63,133 nucleotides of DNA from Bispira polyomma (lineage: Eukaryota): contig OZ287759.1 of NCBI GenBank assembly GCA_965649765.1, positions 15,810,001-15,873,133 on the forward strand, given 5' to 3'. The stretch's first letter is position 1, and each line of letters starts with the position of its first letter. Position numbers and translations under genes: made by a program. The notes below the pieces were generated by a model. That model saw nothing but the letters and a program-made list of their open reading frames with translations. It was not told where the DNA came from and made no database searches. This document shows positions 50,799 to 63,133 of the stretch, one piece after another.

Positions 50799-51043
50799 TA
50801 GTGGTTGGCAAGCATTGCGGCTCACAATCACTGGTCCCTCATCTATGGAGATCGGCTGGCGTGAGTTTCACCTCCCGTTGATGCCTATGTGGGAAAGGTG
50901 GTAGTTCCATACTGTGGGCCACTGGTTTTAGTGCAGAACCTTGATCAACTGTATGCAGTGTTTCTTCCAGCATTTCAAACTACCCGTCCCAATATAACCT
51001 AAACAGGTACTAGAGTAGACTTTAAACATCCCAATAAAAAAAA
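50799..51043 (+). mobile_element. tRNA-derived SINE family A, 5'-truncated, A-rich tail
   Basis: Body matches the other copies (gatgcctatgtgggaaaggtggtagttcc...aacctaaacaggtactagag); no clear TSD. Confidence 0.88.
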
Positions 51044-51982
51044 CTGGTATTGGCAATATCACCCAATCTGTTAAAACCGACGTAAAACCAACCTAAAATC
51101 AAATTCACACCATAAAAGGACACAGACACTTTTATTGTGTATTATATATCTTCGTTTTTTGTATTGTTTACATTTATCAGCTAACATGTTTCACATAATT
51201 TTAGCCAGTGGAAAATACTTTTCCCCAATAATTTTGACAATTCACACAAAAGAATTGTGCTCCCTAATTATATATATTTCTTTAATACTGTTTCCATGCA
51301 TCCATATTCATCATGCATACCTGGCACAAATGTGCGATGGGAGCAATCTATGGACGGATACAACAAAACAAACAGAAGTTTAAAGAAACATTTATTTCTG
51401 TTCTATTTCTTTTTTTTTTAATGGAAACAGTTCTTAAATACATAAAAGGCCTTTCTTTATGTCTGTTATAATTCATAGTTTGAATTTTTTTAACGTGCCT
51501 TATTGATGCGAGGTATCTTCTAAAAGATGCAATAACAGAATCAATTAACCAATGGAAAAAAGTCTAAAAGTACCTAGCCAGGTAGTTAGAAGGAAGTGTG
51601 GGTGTACAGGCAGGGAACTATTTTAGGACGGTAAGCAAGTTTGAAGAGGTAGATTTTTACGTACTCTCCCATAACTTCCAGAAAGTGTTTCTAGTGATCT
51701 CAGCTCAAACTGGTAGACTGTTACATAACAACTCGTCTTCTTAGTGGCTCACATGACCATTTCAAATGGTGGTGTTTTCTGTTATTGACAGATTAAAGAT
51801 CCTTGTGGATGTTGATAAATGGTCATCCTCAAGCCTCTCTCTCTTCAGTTAGGAGAAATGATAGTAACTGAGGCAGTTGACTGTTACAGTCAGGCAGGGG
51901 CTAATTAGCACTCTGAATACCAGATTAAGGGAGATATATATGTGGTGTATAGGAGTATAAATATGAACACGAACAAAGTGAC

Positions 51983-52238
51983 GGGGCCGCAGTGGCCTAG
52001 TGGTTAGTAAGCATTGCACTTCACAATCACTGGTCTCTCACCTCTGGGCGGCGTGAGTTCGAATCTCGTCGATGCCTATGTGGGAAAGGTGGTAGTTCCT
52101 TACTGTGGGCCGCTGGTTTCAGTGCAGAACCTTGATCAACTGTATGCAATGTTTCCTCCAGCGTTTCCAACTACCCGTCCCAATATAACCTAAACAGGTA
52201 CAAGAGTGGATGTTAAATATCCCAATTCAAATTCAAAC
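51983..52238 (+). mobile_element. tRNA-derived SINE family A, full length
   Basis: GGGGCCGCAGTGGCCTAGTGG A box; GAGTTCGAATC B box; (ATTCAA)2 tail; TSD AACAAAGTGAC at 51972-51982 and 52240-52250. Confidence 0.95.
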
Positions 52239-54222
52239 AAACAAAGTGACAGTGATTGAGAAACCTTTAGATCCAGCCTTCTTGGACTCCGAGGGACTTT
52301 CTAATGAAAACAAAAACAGCAAGGGAGATGATTTTAGGACTGGGATAGGAACCTGGGATTATTTTGGGGGTGAATCGACTGAAGTCTCTTCTGGGATCAG
52401 ATTAATTGTCCTCGATATAATGATGCATTACTAGTTCAAATATTTGAGATAGGTTTGGATTATTAAATTTGTACAAGAAAAAAAAACAGATACAAAATAT
52501 ATCAATATATTTACCTGTGTTCACTGGTCATTTGTTATCGATACCATTGAGAAAAACAAAACAAATAGATTAGAAAAATTCTTAGATTTAAGACAAAATT
52601 CTTAAAAGTAAGAATATTACTAAATACGGCCCCTGGATAGATATAAACAAATAATGTTATACTTTGGATGTGTGTAACAGTAAATATTTAATATACATGG
52701 TTGAAGGTCATATCTTTAGGTAATTATCGTTAATAACACTTTGCAGATCAATGTGACACACTTAAAGTTGGTGGCATTTGTATATATAATTATGTGTTTG
52801 GTAATGAAACACAACGAAGACACTGCCCCCACTTCCCCCTTAAGTGAGGGGTGTATCCTGCAGACATTATATTGACAATTGCCCCTCCCCCCTATAGTGA
52901 AAAGAGGGGTATGCCCTACAGGCAAGATATCACCTATATTGGTAGTAATCACAACTACCAATCAGTGCTGGCAGTCATCTGGCAAAAAGCTAAGAGAGCT
53001 GTATTGATGGTTATTGATGGCCACTTTAAGTATTATGAAAGTGTTTAAGGAATCATTGAGGCAATTTCTCTTTGTCGGCAATGCCTATAATACTACTTTC
53101 AACCAGTGTACAGTTATTACTGTCATTACAACAATAATATGAAAATACATGGGATTTTAGACACAACTCTATATAAATATTTAACTGTTGAGTAGGTTAT
53201 GATATTTTGGGAAAACCTCGATAACTGTACTCTATATTGCAAAGGGAGACATTTATTCATAACCTACACTTAAATAAGCAGTGACTGTTTTTTTTGTCAG
53301 TGTAGTGTTTAATATAATGTTTTTCTGAAGAATCCCTTGTTTCTTTTGCCATGGAAATATTATCAAAAAGCTGAAATATTTTTAACCTATTGACATACGT
53401 CGGTTAGCTTAGCTTGAGGATTATTATTTTGTGTACAAAAAAAACCCAACATACCTCCGGGTACAGTTCTTGGTAAGACAATAAAGGTACTAAATGGCCT
53501 TTAATTAATGGATTATATAAGTGTGATACAGTAAAATACCTAAAATATTCGCCTCCATAAAAAATGGCCAATTAATCGAAAATGCCATATAATTTGTATG
53601 GATCACTTTTAGGGACCAAAGGTCCTGAAGGTACATCATAAGTTATTTAGTACATCTGTGAAGATATGCATGTACGTATAGCTAAATTGGAACAAGAGTT
53701 GTGTTTTAAAACAATGGACACAGGCGCACAGTGTGAAATACACAAACGTTGATATGACCACTGTATATACTACATGGTGAATCTGACACCCCTCAGTTTG
53801 GGTGGGTTGATTGCAACCCGCCAATCCATGAATGCGTGAATGACTTACATATTATTTCTAAGACGGTGGCGCCATTTTCACTGGTGGCGCCTATTATCAA
53901 AAGGAAAACTTTATCAGGCTGTGCCTGATAAAAAAGTCCAAGCATTTCATTGTGGGTCTAATAATAACAAATGAACCGTCCCATAAAAGAAACAGAAATA
54001 AATGAACATAGGTGTGTGTTTTTTTGTGAAGTTACCGTAATCTTCAAGAAAAATGGGCAATTTGTGTAATACACAGGAAATCATTTCTACTTTTGTTTAA
54101 TGCAAATGATACCGATATCTATCTATCTATTGATTGTGGGTGTGTGTGTGTCTGCTAATCAATCCTAACCCTTTCCACTCCTGGATTGTAAGCTAGCAGT
54201 CAATGTGGAGGATACTAAGTGA

Positions 54223-55592
54223 TTATTTTTCTTGGTATTTAGTAATGATATGACTTCCGTGTTTAAACAGTGTAACATAAGGCTCTTCGCAGATGACACT
54301 TGCCTCTTTACTAAAGTGGATAATCTGGATGAAGCAACTAATTATATCAACCAGGATTTATGTCATATTGAACAATGGGCCAATCAGTGGCTAATAAAGT
54401 TTAGTCCTGTAAAATCAGAATCCATGCTAATTTCTTTAAAAACAAAACCTTGTAATAACCTGCCAAGATTGGTGTTTTATAACCATATATACAATATAAT
54501 ACAGATGTGTTCGTCCCGTCTTGGTATACTCTTTGAATTTTATGCTCAGTAGACCAGTTCTTGAGAAAATCTACCTTTCTTACATAAGGCCTATAATGGG
54601 ATATGGTGACATTGTATGGTCTGGAGCACCACAAAATTTGATTGCAAAGTTGGATAAGCTCACTGTTGAGGCTATGAGAATAGTTACAGGTGCTCCTGCC
54701 AGGTCAAATATCTCTAGTCTTTACAATGAGACAGGCTGGTCTCTGCTCTCTAAAAGAAGGGAAATTTATGTTTTAAAAATGCTGTAAAAAATTACTCATG
54801 ACTTATCACCAACATATCTTAGAGCTGTACTGCCACTGTGGATCTTTGAAATAGCATTTCATGCGCAAAGGTAAAGACATAATATCAAATCTAGACCTTC
54901 TATAGGAGACTTTCCTATCCCTAAGTCGAGAATCAAATTAATCGAGCATTCCTTTCCAACTATTAGAGTGAAGCTTTGGAATTCTCTTCCTCAAACATTA
55001 ACTTGTTTTAATTCTTTTGGTTCCTTTTCAAAAGCACTCCAAAACCTTTATTTTTCTCACAGCTCACGAACAAAAGCTAAAAATCGACTCTACAGCTTTG
55101 GGGTCAGATCCACCAATATCACAAATACCTGTTTAAGATTAGGATGCAGTAAGCTGAACACTCACTTAAAACACAACCTTCATGTAGCAGACGATGAATC
55201 ATGTGCTTGCGGTTACCCTATCGAAGATCCTGAACATTACTTCTTTACTTGTCCATTATATAACAACATTCGACATGAATTTATAAATTCTGTGATGACT
55301 TCAGTCAATACTCAATTATCATCAGATTTATTTTTATCTGGAAGTTGTGACCTAAATTATGAAACAAACATTAAAATATTTGAAGCAGTCCACACTTTTT
55401 TACACAAATCAAAATGCTTTTAAATAAGACTGTTTTTGACCACACACCAGCATTCTATCATTATTCATTCTTGTCAGTGTTTTTCATCCATTGTCTTCAT
55501 TTTGTAAATATCTCATTGGAAGAAGGCTTTGTGTAATTGTATTTTTGCGATTGTTGCCTCATTGTGAATAAAATATGTTTAAACAAAACAAC
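54223..55592 (+). mobile_element. 5'-truncated second copy of the same CR1-group LINE with an intact 3' end
   Basis: RT (LFADDTCLFTKVDNLDEATNYINQD) is nearly identical to 15322-16050. It has the C-terminal Cys/His motif CACG..IEDPEHYFFTC and a 3' terminus AATAAAATATGTTTAAAC-AAAACAAC. 9-bp TSD ACTAAGTGA at 54214-54222 and 55593-55601. Confidence 0.95.
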
Positions 55593-56439
55593 ACTAAGTG
55601 AATGTTTCCATGCAGGCAATTTTCTCAGGTGCTGACCCGATGGCCAACGTCAATTGTATCAGTTTCATTGATTTTCCATGTGAGCAACACAGATTTTTTC
55701 GATCCTGGTAGTGGAAAAAAAATCGCCCAGCATCGCATGTTGCCATGTAAACATTGCTGATTCTTTATTAATGACTCAAAAATTATTGAAAGTAAAAATT
55801 TTTCGTAAATATATGGTGAGAAAGCTTATTTTATTTGGTTTTATAAATGTTGAAAAATGGGTAAAATATTTAAGTTTAAATATAGGTATCCATTTTTAAC
55901 AAAATAATTCTATTGCAACATAAAAATTGCCGATTGCCCGTCGGACATCGGCTGATCACCGTCACCAATTGCCGAGATGGAAACGTGCAACTTTGAACCT
56001 GTCATTGCATTAAAAAATTACCATTAAATCATCAACATGTAAATGAATTATTATACAATTCAAACATTTAAGATATCTAGTTTTGCTAGCTTTCTTAGCC
56101 AAACTTAAGATGGGCGGCCAAACTTAGAACCCTAAGTTGGACTATAGCCCCATCTTAAGATTGGTCAAATCGGAAGTTAGGCTCTAACATATACATATCA
56201 CAGAAATATATATGCTGAGCTAACCAGAACACCAAGCCCAGTGGTAAGACACTGTCTTAAGGTTACATTTTTTGGGACAGTTCGTCCACCTGGGAGCCAA
56301 GTGTTACCACTTAAAATGCAAAGATTGTGTTGACATTAATAAGCAAACAGCAATCAGGAATGACCTTGGCTTTTGTATCAAATACACTTTGGTAGCCAAA
56401 AAACAATCTCTGGGTCTGTATATGAATCCTAATGTCGTG

Positions 56440-56925
56440 GCCTGCGCTACGTTAAAAATTCCTAAAACGTAAGAAAATGAAAATAAATGAGGTGAAAATT
56501 TCGGAGAAAAAAGTATGGGCTGTTTTGTACACATTCTTTACACGATTCAATTATGTTTGTATCGTTAGCCACATTTTAAAATATGCTAGCCATGTTTCTA
56601 AGCCGGTTTTGTTCTCGTTCTCCTCGTTTCTACTTATTATTTGGATGCATAGTTTGTTTTACTCCCGTTCTTTATGTCATCTACACATTGAATATGTGTC
56701 TTACATTCCCACGTATACACCAACCGTTTCAGCAAAACGGATATAAACATAAGAAATTTCGAGCAGCTTGAAAATTTTTACATTTTTAAAAATGGGACAT
56801 TAAGCGACCATCTTCCTTACACATGCTTACACTTACTTAAGTACACTACGTTCATTACGTTTTACTTTACGTTAGCCATTTTTTGTGCGTAATTCAAATG
56901 TAAGCCCAGTGTGACCATGGCATAA
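56440..56925. mobile_element. Dispersed non-autonomous DNA-transposon-like repeat, homologous (largely inverted) to ~6965-7300
   Basis: 'ttattatttggatgcatagttt' is the reverse complement of 'aactatacatccaaataataa'; both loci end in 'agtgtgacca(c/t)ggcat'. Confidence 0.5.
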
Positions 56926-57626
56926 AGAAAGGACACTTTAAGTTCAAACTCAGGGTTAACTCACATAATAACGGCTATGTCAGAATCATTGTATGTTATG
57001 GAAAGTTATAACCCTGTGATTGTGTAACCATTAGTTTTAGAAGAGCTTTCATTGCTGAGATCAAATATACAGTCATAATTGACTTTTATCTTTACTCTAA
57101 CCAGCCAGATATATATATGTAGATTGTGGGATAGTTATGCTTCTTTGAGATTTTCTTTGGAATATATTCACCACCATTACAGTGGCCAGCTATGTAACAG
57201 CTGTTGTTATAATATAAAAGACTCGACCTTCATCCTTCTACTACTCTGCTATAAGGCTCTATAATATACTGTGTGAATACACTGTCTGATGGATAGTAGA
57301 GAGTTAGTAAAAAGGCAAGTAAGTCATATTATTTGTAAGAGTGACAGTAACATAAAAATGCCATTGGACCAGATGCATAGATATGACGTTTTAAAACTGA
57401 GCTATAGAAAGATTTAATCTAATCAAATCAATTCTGTAATGTCGCTTAATCTCTGTAATAGTAAATTCTAAGGCACAACAAATAAAATCATTGTTTAGTA
57501 ATCGGGTTGTGGTGGACAGAAGAAAGGGTCGTTACCAGAGAGGGAGTCGGTGATAGTAAGATCATGTCTAGAAGTGGTATTTGAAACATTGACCGACACA
57601 TTTATATGGTATAAGTAAGAGTTAGA

Positions 57627-57843
57627 TTTTTAATTTGGATATTTAACGTCCACTCTAGTACCTGTTTTAGGTTAAATTGGGACGGGTAGTTGGAAATGCT
57701 GGAGGAAACACTGCATACAGTTGATCAAGGTTCTGCACTGAAACCAGCAGCCCACAGTAAGGAACTACCACCTTTCCCACATAGGCATCGACCAGTGATT
57801 GTGAAGCGCAATGCTTGCTAACCACTAGGCCACCTTGGCCACC
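57627..57843 (-). mobile_element. tRNA-derived SINE family A with an internal deletion of the B-box region
   Basis: TSD AAGTAAGAGTTAGA at 57613-57626 and 57844-57857; 'ggcatcgac|cagtgatt' junction lacks the B-box segment present in the other copies. Confidence 0.92.
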
Positions 57844-57974
57844 AAGTAAGAGTTAGAACCCAAAATATATTTTGGACTGTGACTTATATTAATGCTAGAC
57901 TGTTTTATCCCAAATAGAAGGGAATTTCAGTTGCCAAGGTGGCAACTTACATAGGAATTACACAGGAATTTGGT

Positions 57975-58200
57975 GGTCTCTGCGGCCTAGTGGTTAGAGT
58001 GTCAAACTTTGTATCTGAGTGATCTCAGAGCTCCGGTTCAATCCTAGCTGCTGACCTGGAAATTTTACTCTTCGACAAGGTGCTTTACACAAAAGTTGTC
58101 CCTCTCCACCCAGGTACCTGGCCGCTAATGGGTATTAGCCTTTGTGCGCCGTATGTGGCAGCATGGCTAGTATGAGAGTTGAGACTGAACAATTGGTTGA
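57975..58200 (+). mobile_element. Diverged CORE-like tRNA-derived SINE
   Basis: GCGGCCTAGTGGTTAGAGTG A box, GGTTCAATCC B box and a 'caaggtgctttac...ccctctccacccaggtacctgg' CORE-like body. Confidence 0.6.
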
Positions 58201-59667
58201 CAAATGAAATAACCTAGGCTAGGGTTAGAGTGACCGGTTTCTCACAGCACACCGGCATAGCTTTTGCCGGGGTTATGATAGGAGATTAGGATAGAGGGTT
58301 ATGATAGGAAGTAACAACAGAGGACACACTGATATAAAATCGGAGCGGGTAACTTAAAATAATTTTTATATTGCCCTGCCAACTCACTAGCTTACAATTA
58401 AATGTCTTACATATATTGATATTAACACATACAAATATTTGTTTAAAAACAGGTGGCAAATAAACGCACCACTAAGTTTACACATTTACTTGAATGTATA
58501 TTTAATTCAGTAATATGGAAATTGATGTCGAGTATAAAGCCCTTAAATGAATATTAACTTGCCACCCTAAAGCTTATTGCATAGATATTGTCAACCTCTT
58601 ACAAAAGCAAATTTATAAAGAAAAAAAGTTTTCTTTTTTTGTAGCTGTGAAAGGGGGGTATAAACGTAGAGGGGGCGTGAAAGGGGTTATAAGAGTCACA
58701 AATCACCTCTAAAAACCTGTTAATAATATAAAAACCCATGTGGGGTGAACGTGATTCTTAGACTAAAGCTCCCTTCCCCCTTTGAAGTGGAAGGCAAAGA
58801 AGAAAGCCAAATTTTATCATGCACTCGCGTGATATTTTTTTCATTTCTGAAAAGGGTGTCACCATCTTTGAAAATATGTAAGGCTTTTGTTGGAAGCAAT
58901 CCCCCCGGCCAAACTCAGGGGTGTCAGATGTATTGTTATCAGGTATAGCTTGGGGCCTGAGTATATATAGTGGCAATATCAACGTCAGTGTAATTTATGT
59001 TTTTAAAAGACAACTCTTGTTTGGGTGTTAAGGACATTTTAAAAATAACAACAATCCTTAACATAAACACACACACACCCACACACTGAATCTCTTGATC
59101 TCCCCGACAATCAACTATAGAAAAATAACATTAGACTATCTTGACTGTTAATGTATATCAATCAGTGGGGTTGTGAATAATTCATGAAATCACACTGAAA
59201 AGTTAATTCCATGGGTTTATGCCAGTATTGTGTAAAAACCAGTCTGTTGAATTTAACTCTGTAAATATTACACATCAAACATCTGGATATAAAAGGGTTT
59301 AACCTCCATATAGTGGGTGGCTTGGTTTGGGGTGTATTAATTGGTAGTTAGTGGTATTTGTGATATTTGTACTTAATCCCCCCCCCCCTCAGATGTTCAG
59401 ATGATAAATCATTTACAACCTCATAGTAAGTAAACAACAGAGAATACACTGATATAAAAAGGTTAGTACATGTACCACTTCTTTTAAAGCTTCATTCATT
59501 CAGACTTTTACATCCTTAAGCACACATTGCGGTTGGTTTATGGCTTTTCATCCATGTATAGATCACCCATCGCCCCTCATAATCTATTTTAAGAAATTAC
59601 TTATTCAAACTGACTGGTTCCATTTCAATATACAGTAGAACCTCTATTACCATAACTTCTGTTGTGG

Positions 59668-60045
59668 TTCCCTGTGGTCTAGTGGTTAGGGAGTTGGTCT
59701 GATGTTCAGAAGGTCTTGGGTTCTATAACTGGTACCTGCCGCTAGTTTCATTTGGTGGGATAACATCCTTGGGCAAGACGTGAACATAAGTTTGCCTAGT
59801 GACTCTGATGACCACTTAAGATGGCGGTCTTCTGTCACTAGGGTCCTATCCCAAGTGGCAGGCTAGAGATCATTGGGGACGTTGATAATTGGTCATCTTC
59901 AAGCCTCTCTCTTCAGTCAGTGGAATGGCAGTAACTAAGGCAGTTGACTGTTACAGTCAGGAAAGTATTGACTAGCGCTCTGAATACCAGATGAAGGTAG
60001 ATATATATCCTCTGAGTATAAATATGATTACAGAATACAATTGTG
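59668..60045 (+). mobile_element. tRNA-derived SINE family B (also ~8596-8825 and a 3' part at ~51740-51970)
   Basis: CCCTGTGGTCTAGTGGTTAGG A box, then 'tccttgggcaaga' and 'gaccacttaa..tggc...aagatc.ttgg..acgttgata.atggtcatc' blocks shared by three loci. Confidence 0.75.
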
Positions 60046-60681
60046 TAGTATATAAACCATACTTTATGGGTATGAATGGAAGCATTAAACTGTATATATA
60101 CATCTTATCTGGCAGCTAAAGTGGTGGTACAAACTGCTAACGAACTTAGATCTCTTAAAACACCTTTTGGTGCTAGGAAAACTTTTGAAACCCATCTCTT
60201 TCAACTCGCCTAGCCCCCTTAGTTTTCTCCCTGTGCAACCTCCACATCCTTCCTTACGACCGTGGCTATGTTTTTCAACTTCTCTTTTGGTTTACTGATT
60301 CTGTTGTTGACTTTAGAAGATGCCTCACATCAATAAGGCGCTTTAAAAATCCAAAGTACAATACAGTTAACTGTATTTTTTTTAGCACAATCTAACTTAT
60401 GCAGTGTGGCATGCATTATACAGATGACAACACAATTAAGTAAGGGGAAAACGTGAGTTGGGGTATTAAGTTTTGTGTACTCAGTGACAATACAGATCAA
60501 TACAGCGAACAGGGTCTTTACTAATGTTATTTAAACTACATCCAGGGCAGTAGACACAAAAGGGCTAAACGGCCAAACTTTTTGTGTTAGATCTGTACAC
60601 TTTGGTGCTAGATTTCAGACAATGTCTATATTTAGTCCATTTGTGAATAGAAAATGTCTTAGTCTTAAATTAGTCTTAAGC

Positions 60682-60921
60682 TTAAGACTTTGGTATTTTA
60701 TTTTATAATATTAAGTAAATATTAAGATTTTGGTCTTTTATTTTATAATATAATGTATTTTATTTTATAATATAATGTAAATATTAAGATTTTGGTATTT
60801 TATTATTTTATTTTATAATATAATGTAAATATTAAGACTTTGGTATTTTATTTTATAATATAATGTAAATATTAAGACTTTGGTATTTTATTTTATAATA
60901 TAATGTAAATATTAAGATTTT
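60682..60921. repeat. AT-rich ~39-bp minisatellite
   Basis: Unit taagactttggtattttattttataatataatgtaaatat repeated about 5-6 times with indels. Confidence 0.9.
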
Positions 60922-61138
60922 TAGTGACATTAAGAAAGATATTTGTCTAATGTTTCATTTACTTTTTAATACTAGGAATAACAGTAGGCAATCATAAATA
61001 TTTTACACATAAATTTTAAGCTGACAACTAAATTAAGGCTATTTGTGCAAACCACCCAGATGATTTTCCATTTAAAAAAGTGTCCAATATTATTAAATAG
61101 TGTAAAAAAAATATATATATAACTGTAACTGCCGAGGG

Positions 61139-61409
61139 AGGGGCCGCGGTGGCATAGTGGTTAGCAAGCATTGCGCTTCACAATCACTGGTCTCTCACCT
61201 CTGGGTGGCGTGAGTTCGAATCCCGTCGATGCCTATGTGGGAAAGGTGGTAGTTCCTTACTGTGGGCCGCTGGTTTCAGTGCAGAACCTTGATCAACTGT
61301 ATGCAACTTTATGCACCTCCAGCGTTTCCAATTACCCGTCCCAATATAACCTAAACAGGTACTAGAGTGGACGTTAAAAATCACAATTTAAAAAAAAAAA
61401 AAAAAAAAA
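61139..61409 (+). mobile_element. tRNA-derived SINE family A, full length, poly(A) tail
   Basis: Intact A and B boxes; ~20-nt pure A tail; perfect TSD TAACTGCCGAGGG at 61126-61138 and 61410-61422. Confidence 0.95.
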
Positions 61410-61654
61410 TAACTGCCGAGGGGGTGTGCCAACATTTACTCCATGTTCAAAGAGTGAACACTGACTCTAGCCTATACATATGTAAAAACCGGCAGTAATC
61501 TCTCTGAAATATCAACACAAGGACAAAACCCCACCTCAAAAAGTTAAAGTCAATGTTTACATTTAGCCCAAAAAAATTATATACATAAATTTATAAATAA
61601 AAGTCAGGAAATCACCTTTTCAGGAATGACACCTTAAATCTTTCTTTTGTTGCA

Positions 61655-61950
61655 TTAAGCAAGTCACGGATTAAAAGGCTCCAGTCCATTCAAACTACCT
61701 ATGCAGGGTGATTCTTCGCCTGGGTGGTCGCTCAGACCCCATTCCTTACCTAAAAAAGCTACATTGGTTTCCTATTCCCATTTTGTTCAAAATTCACTCT
61801 ACCACATTTAAGGCTGTAGTCACTCAACAGCCCCCCTTCCTCGATTCACTTCTGTCTTTCAGTAACCTGAAGAGAGGCAATAGACTCTCTGTTTGTTCTG
61901 TTAGACCCATCAGGAAGGCGGGATCCAGAACTTTCACTCAACTCCCGCCT
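61655..61950 (+). mobile_element. L2-type LINE ORF2 C-terminal fragment
   Basis: PIPYLKKLHWFPI..LFKIH...FKAVVTQQPP...RKAGSR, homologous to 7990-8260. Confidence 0.8.
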
Positions 61951-62963
61951 TATCTATGTACTGAAACAAAAGGTGTGGGTGATTGAGGAAATGATGTCTA
62001 GCTCTGTGTATAAAAATTATAAAATGTATCTAATTGACTAATAAATGTTTCCACAAGCACAAAAAGTGTAATAATAAAACTGTTTTGACACCTTATACCC
62101 TATCTATTATTTAGCTAGTCAAGTTACTGATACACTGATATATCCTCGATAAAAACAAGATAAATTAAATCCAAATAATCACTAGATTACAGTTTCAATT
62201 TGCACTAGGAGATAAATTTGATCTATTTCCAACAAATGAGCTTGGGTAGTGAACATTAATTCAAAATTCACATTTAAAGTAGAAACACACTAGGCTGCAT
62301 CGTGGTCCGGATCCGTATAGTTATCCAAAAACAAATATAATCTGTCCTATTTACAATGGACAGAAAGTCGGACCGACGTGTGTGAAATTTTCAGCTACAT
62401 TACAGGTGCTTGGTAGGTATCTGTCAAAAATTAGAAATAAAATCTGTGAATTTTATACGGACCGGATCATCAAACTCGAATAAGTCTTCTGTTTGAATGC
62501 TTGCACAGTTTTATTTGTGTCAAATTTGTACCTATCCACGATACAGATCCTGATCCAGCCTGTGTGAATGGACCTTTACACAGTGTTATATAATAAGGGG
62601 CTGAATCACCCCCCTCAAACAGTAAGGAGATATGGGGGAGGGGGAGTCTCTCAAACAAGGACACCCATTAGAGCAGTTCATTACTGAGTCAAGAGAGTTG
62701 TTGACAAGATCCTATATTACCCACTTATAAAGGTCTCTGGAAATCTTATTGACTCAACAAATCCTGATCTGTAAAGCTAAAAGAGAAAAAGGAATTAGAA
62801 AGAATTGTTTGTCACTGGTTTGAGGTCTCATTTCTATTGTTTATTTTCTGTTAGTTTAAAAGTTAAAAAAAGAAAGTTGTTAATACAAAAAAGAAATATT
62901 CACCTTAGTAAAATGAATGAAATATAACTTAAGCACAAAATGAATTGTTGCCATTCTTGTATT

Positions 62964-63068
62964 AGGCATAAAGGAATAAATATCTGATATCTGTATATCT
63001 GATAAAGGAATAAGGCATAAAGGCATAAAGGAATAAATATCTGATATCTGTATATCTGTATATCTGAT
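62964..63068. repeat. Short compound tandem repeat
   Basis: 'ggcataaaggaataaatatctgatatctgtatatctg' occurs twice with sub-repeats. Confidence 0.8.
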
Positions 63069-63133
63069 TTCCAATTGTGGTTGTGAAACACATGTCATTA
63101 TTATAAAAAAAGAAAGAAAACGAAAATATAGAG

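Noticed and set aside
60682-60921. CRISPR-like periodic repeat
   Set aside because: No unique spacers, no cas genes, eukaryotic context; an ordinary minisatellite.

Overview
AT-rich eukaryotic, invertebrate-type DNA. The SINE and CR1 styles suggest a mollusc or other lophotrochozoan, which is inference only. I can support no intact host protein-coding gene. Positions ~6.1-41.2 kb are a head-to-tail array of about five copies of a ~4.5-6 kb non-coding unit, and three of the copies carry their own large insertion. (1) A nearly full-length but decayed CR1-group LINE on the minus strand (14995-20632). Its ORF1 (coiled coil plus L1-type RRM/CTD) runs into a NADAR (YbiA-like) hydrolase domain, and its ORF2 has a 2A-like DIETNPGP motif before the APE endonuclease and RT. 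(2) An internal gag/pol fragment of a DIRS-like tyrosine-recombinase retrotransposon (30700-33101). (3) A Helentron/HINE-like non-autonomous element (37185-39036). A second, 5'-truncated copy of the same LINE with a TSD and an intact 3' end lies at 54223-55592. The rest is seven copies of a young tRNA-derived SINE (six with TSDs), older SINEs, L2 3' fragments, MITE-like pieces and simple repeats. The best candidate for an undescribed system is the LINE with an ORF1-NADAR fusion, which may be a retrotransposon carrying its own ADP-ribose eraser. Boundaries were read by eye and are approximate unless a TSD fixes them.
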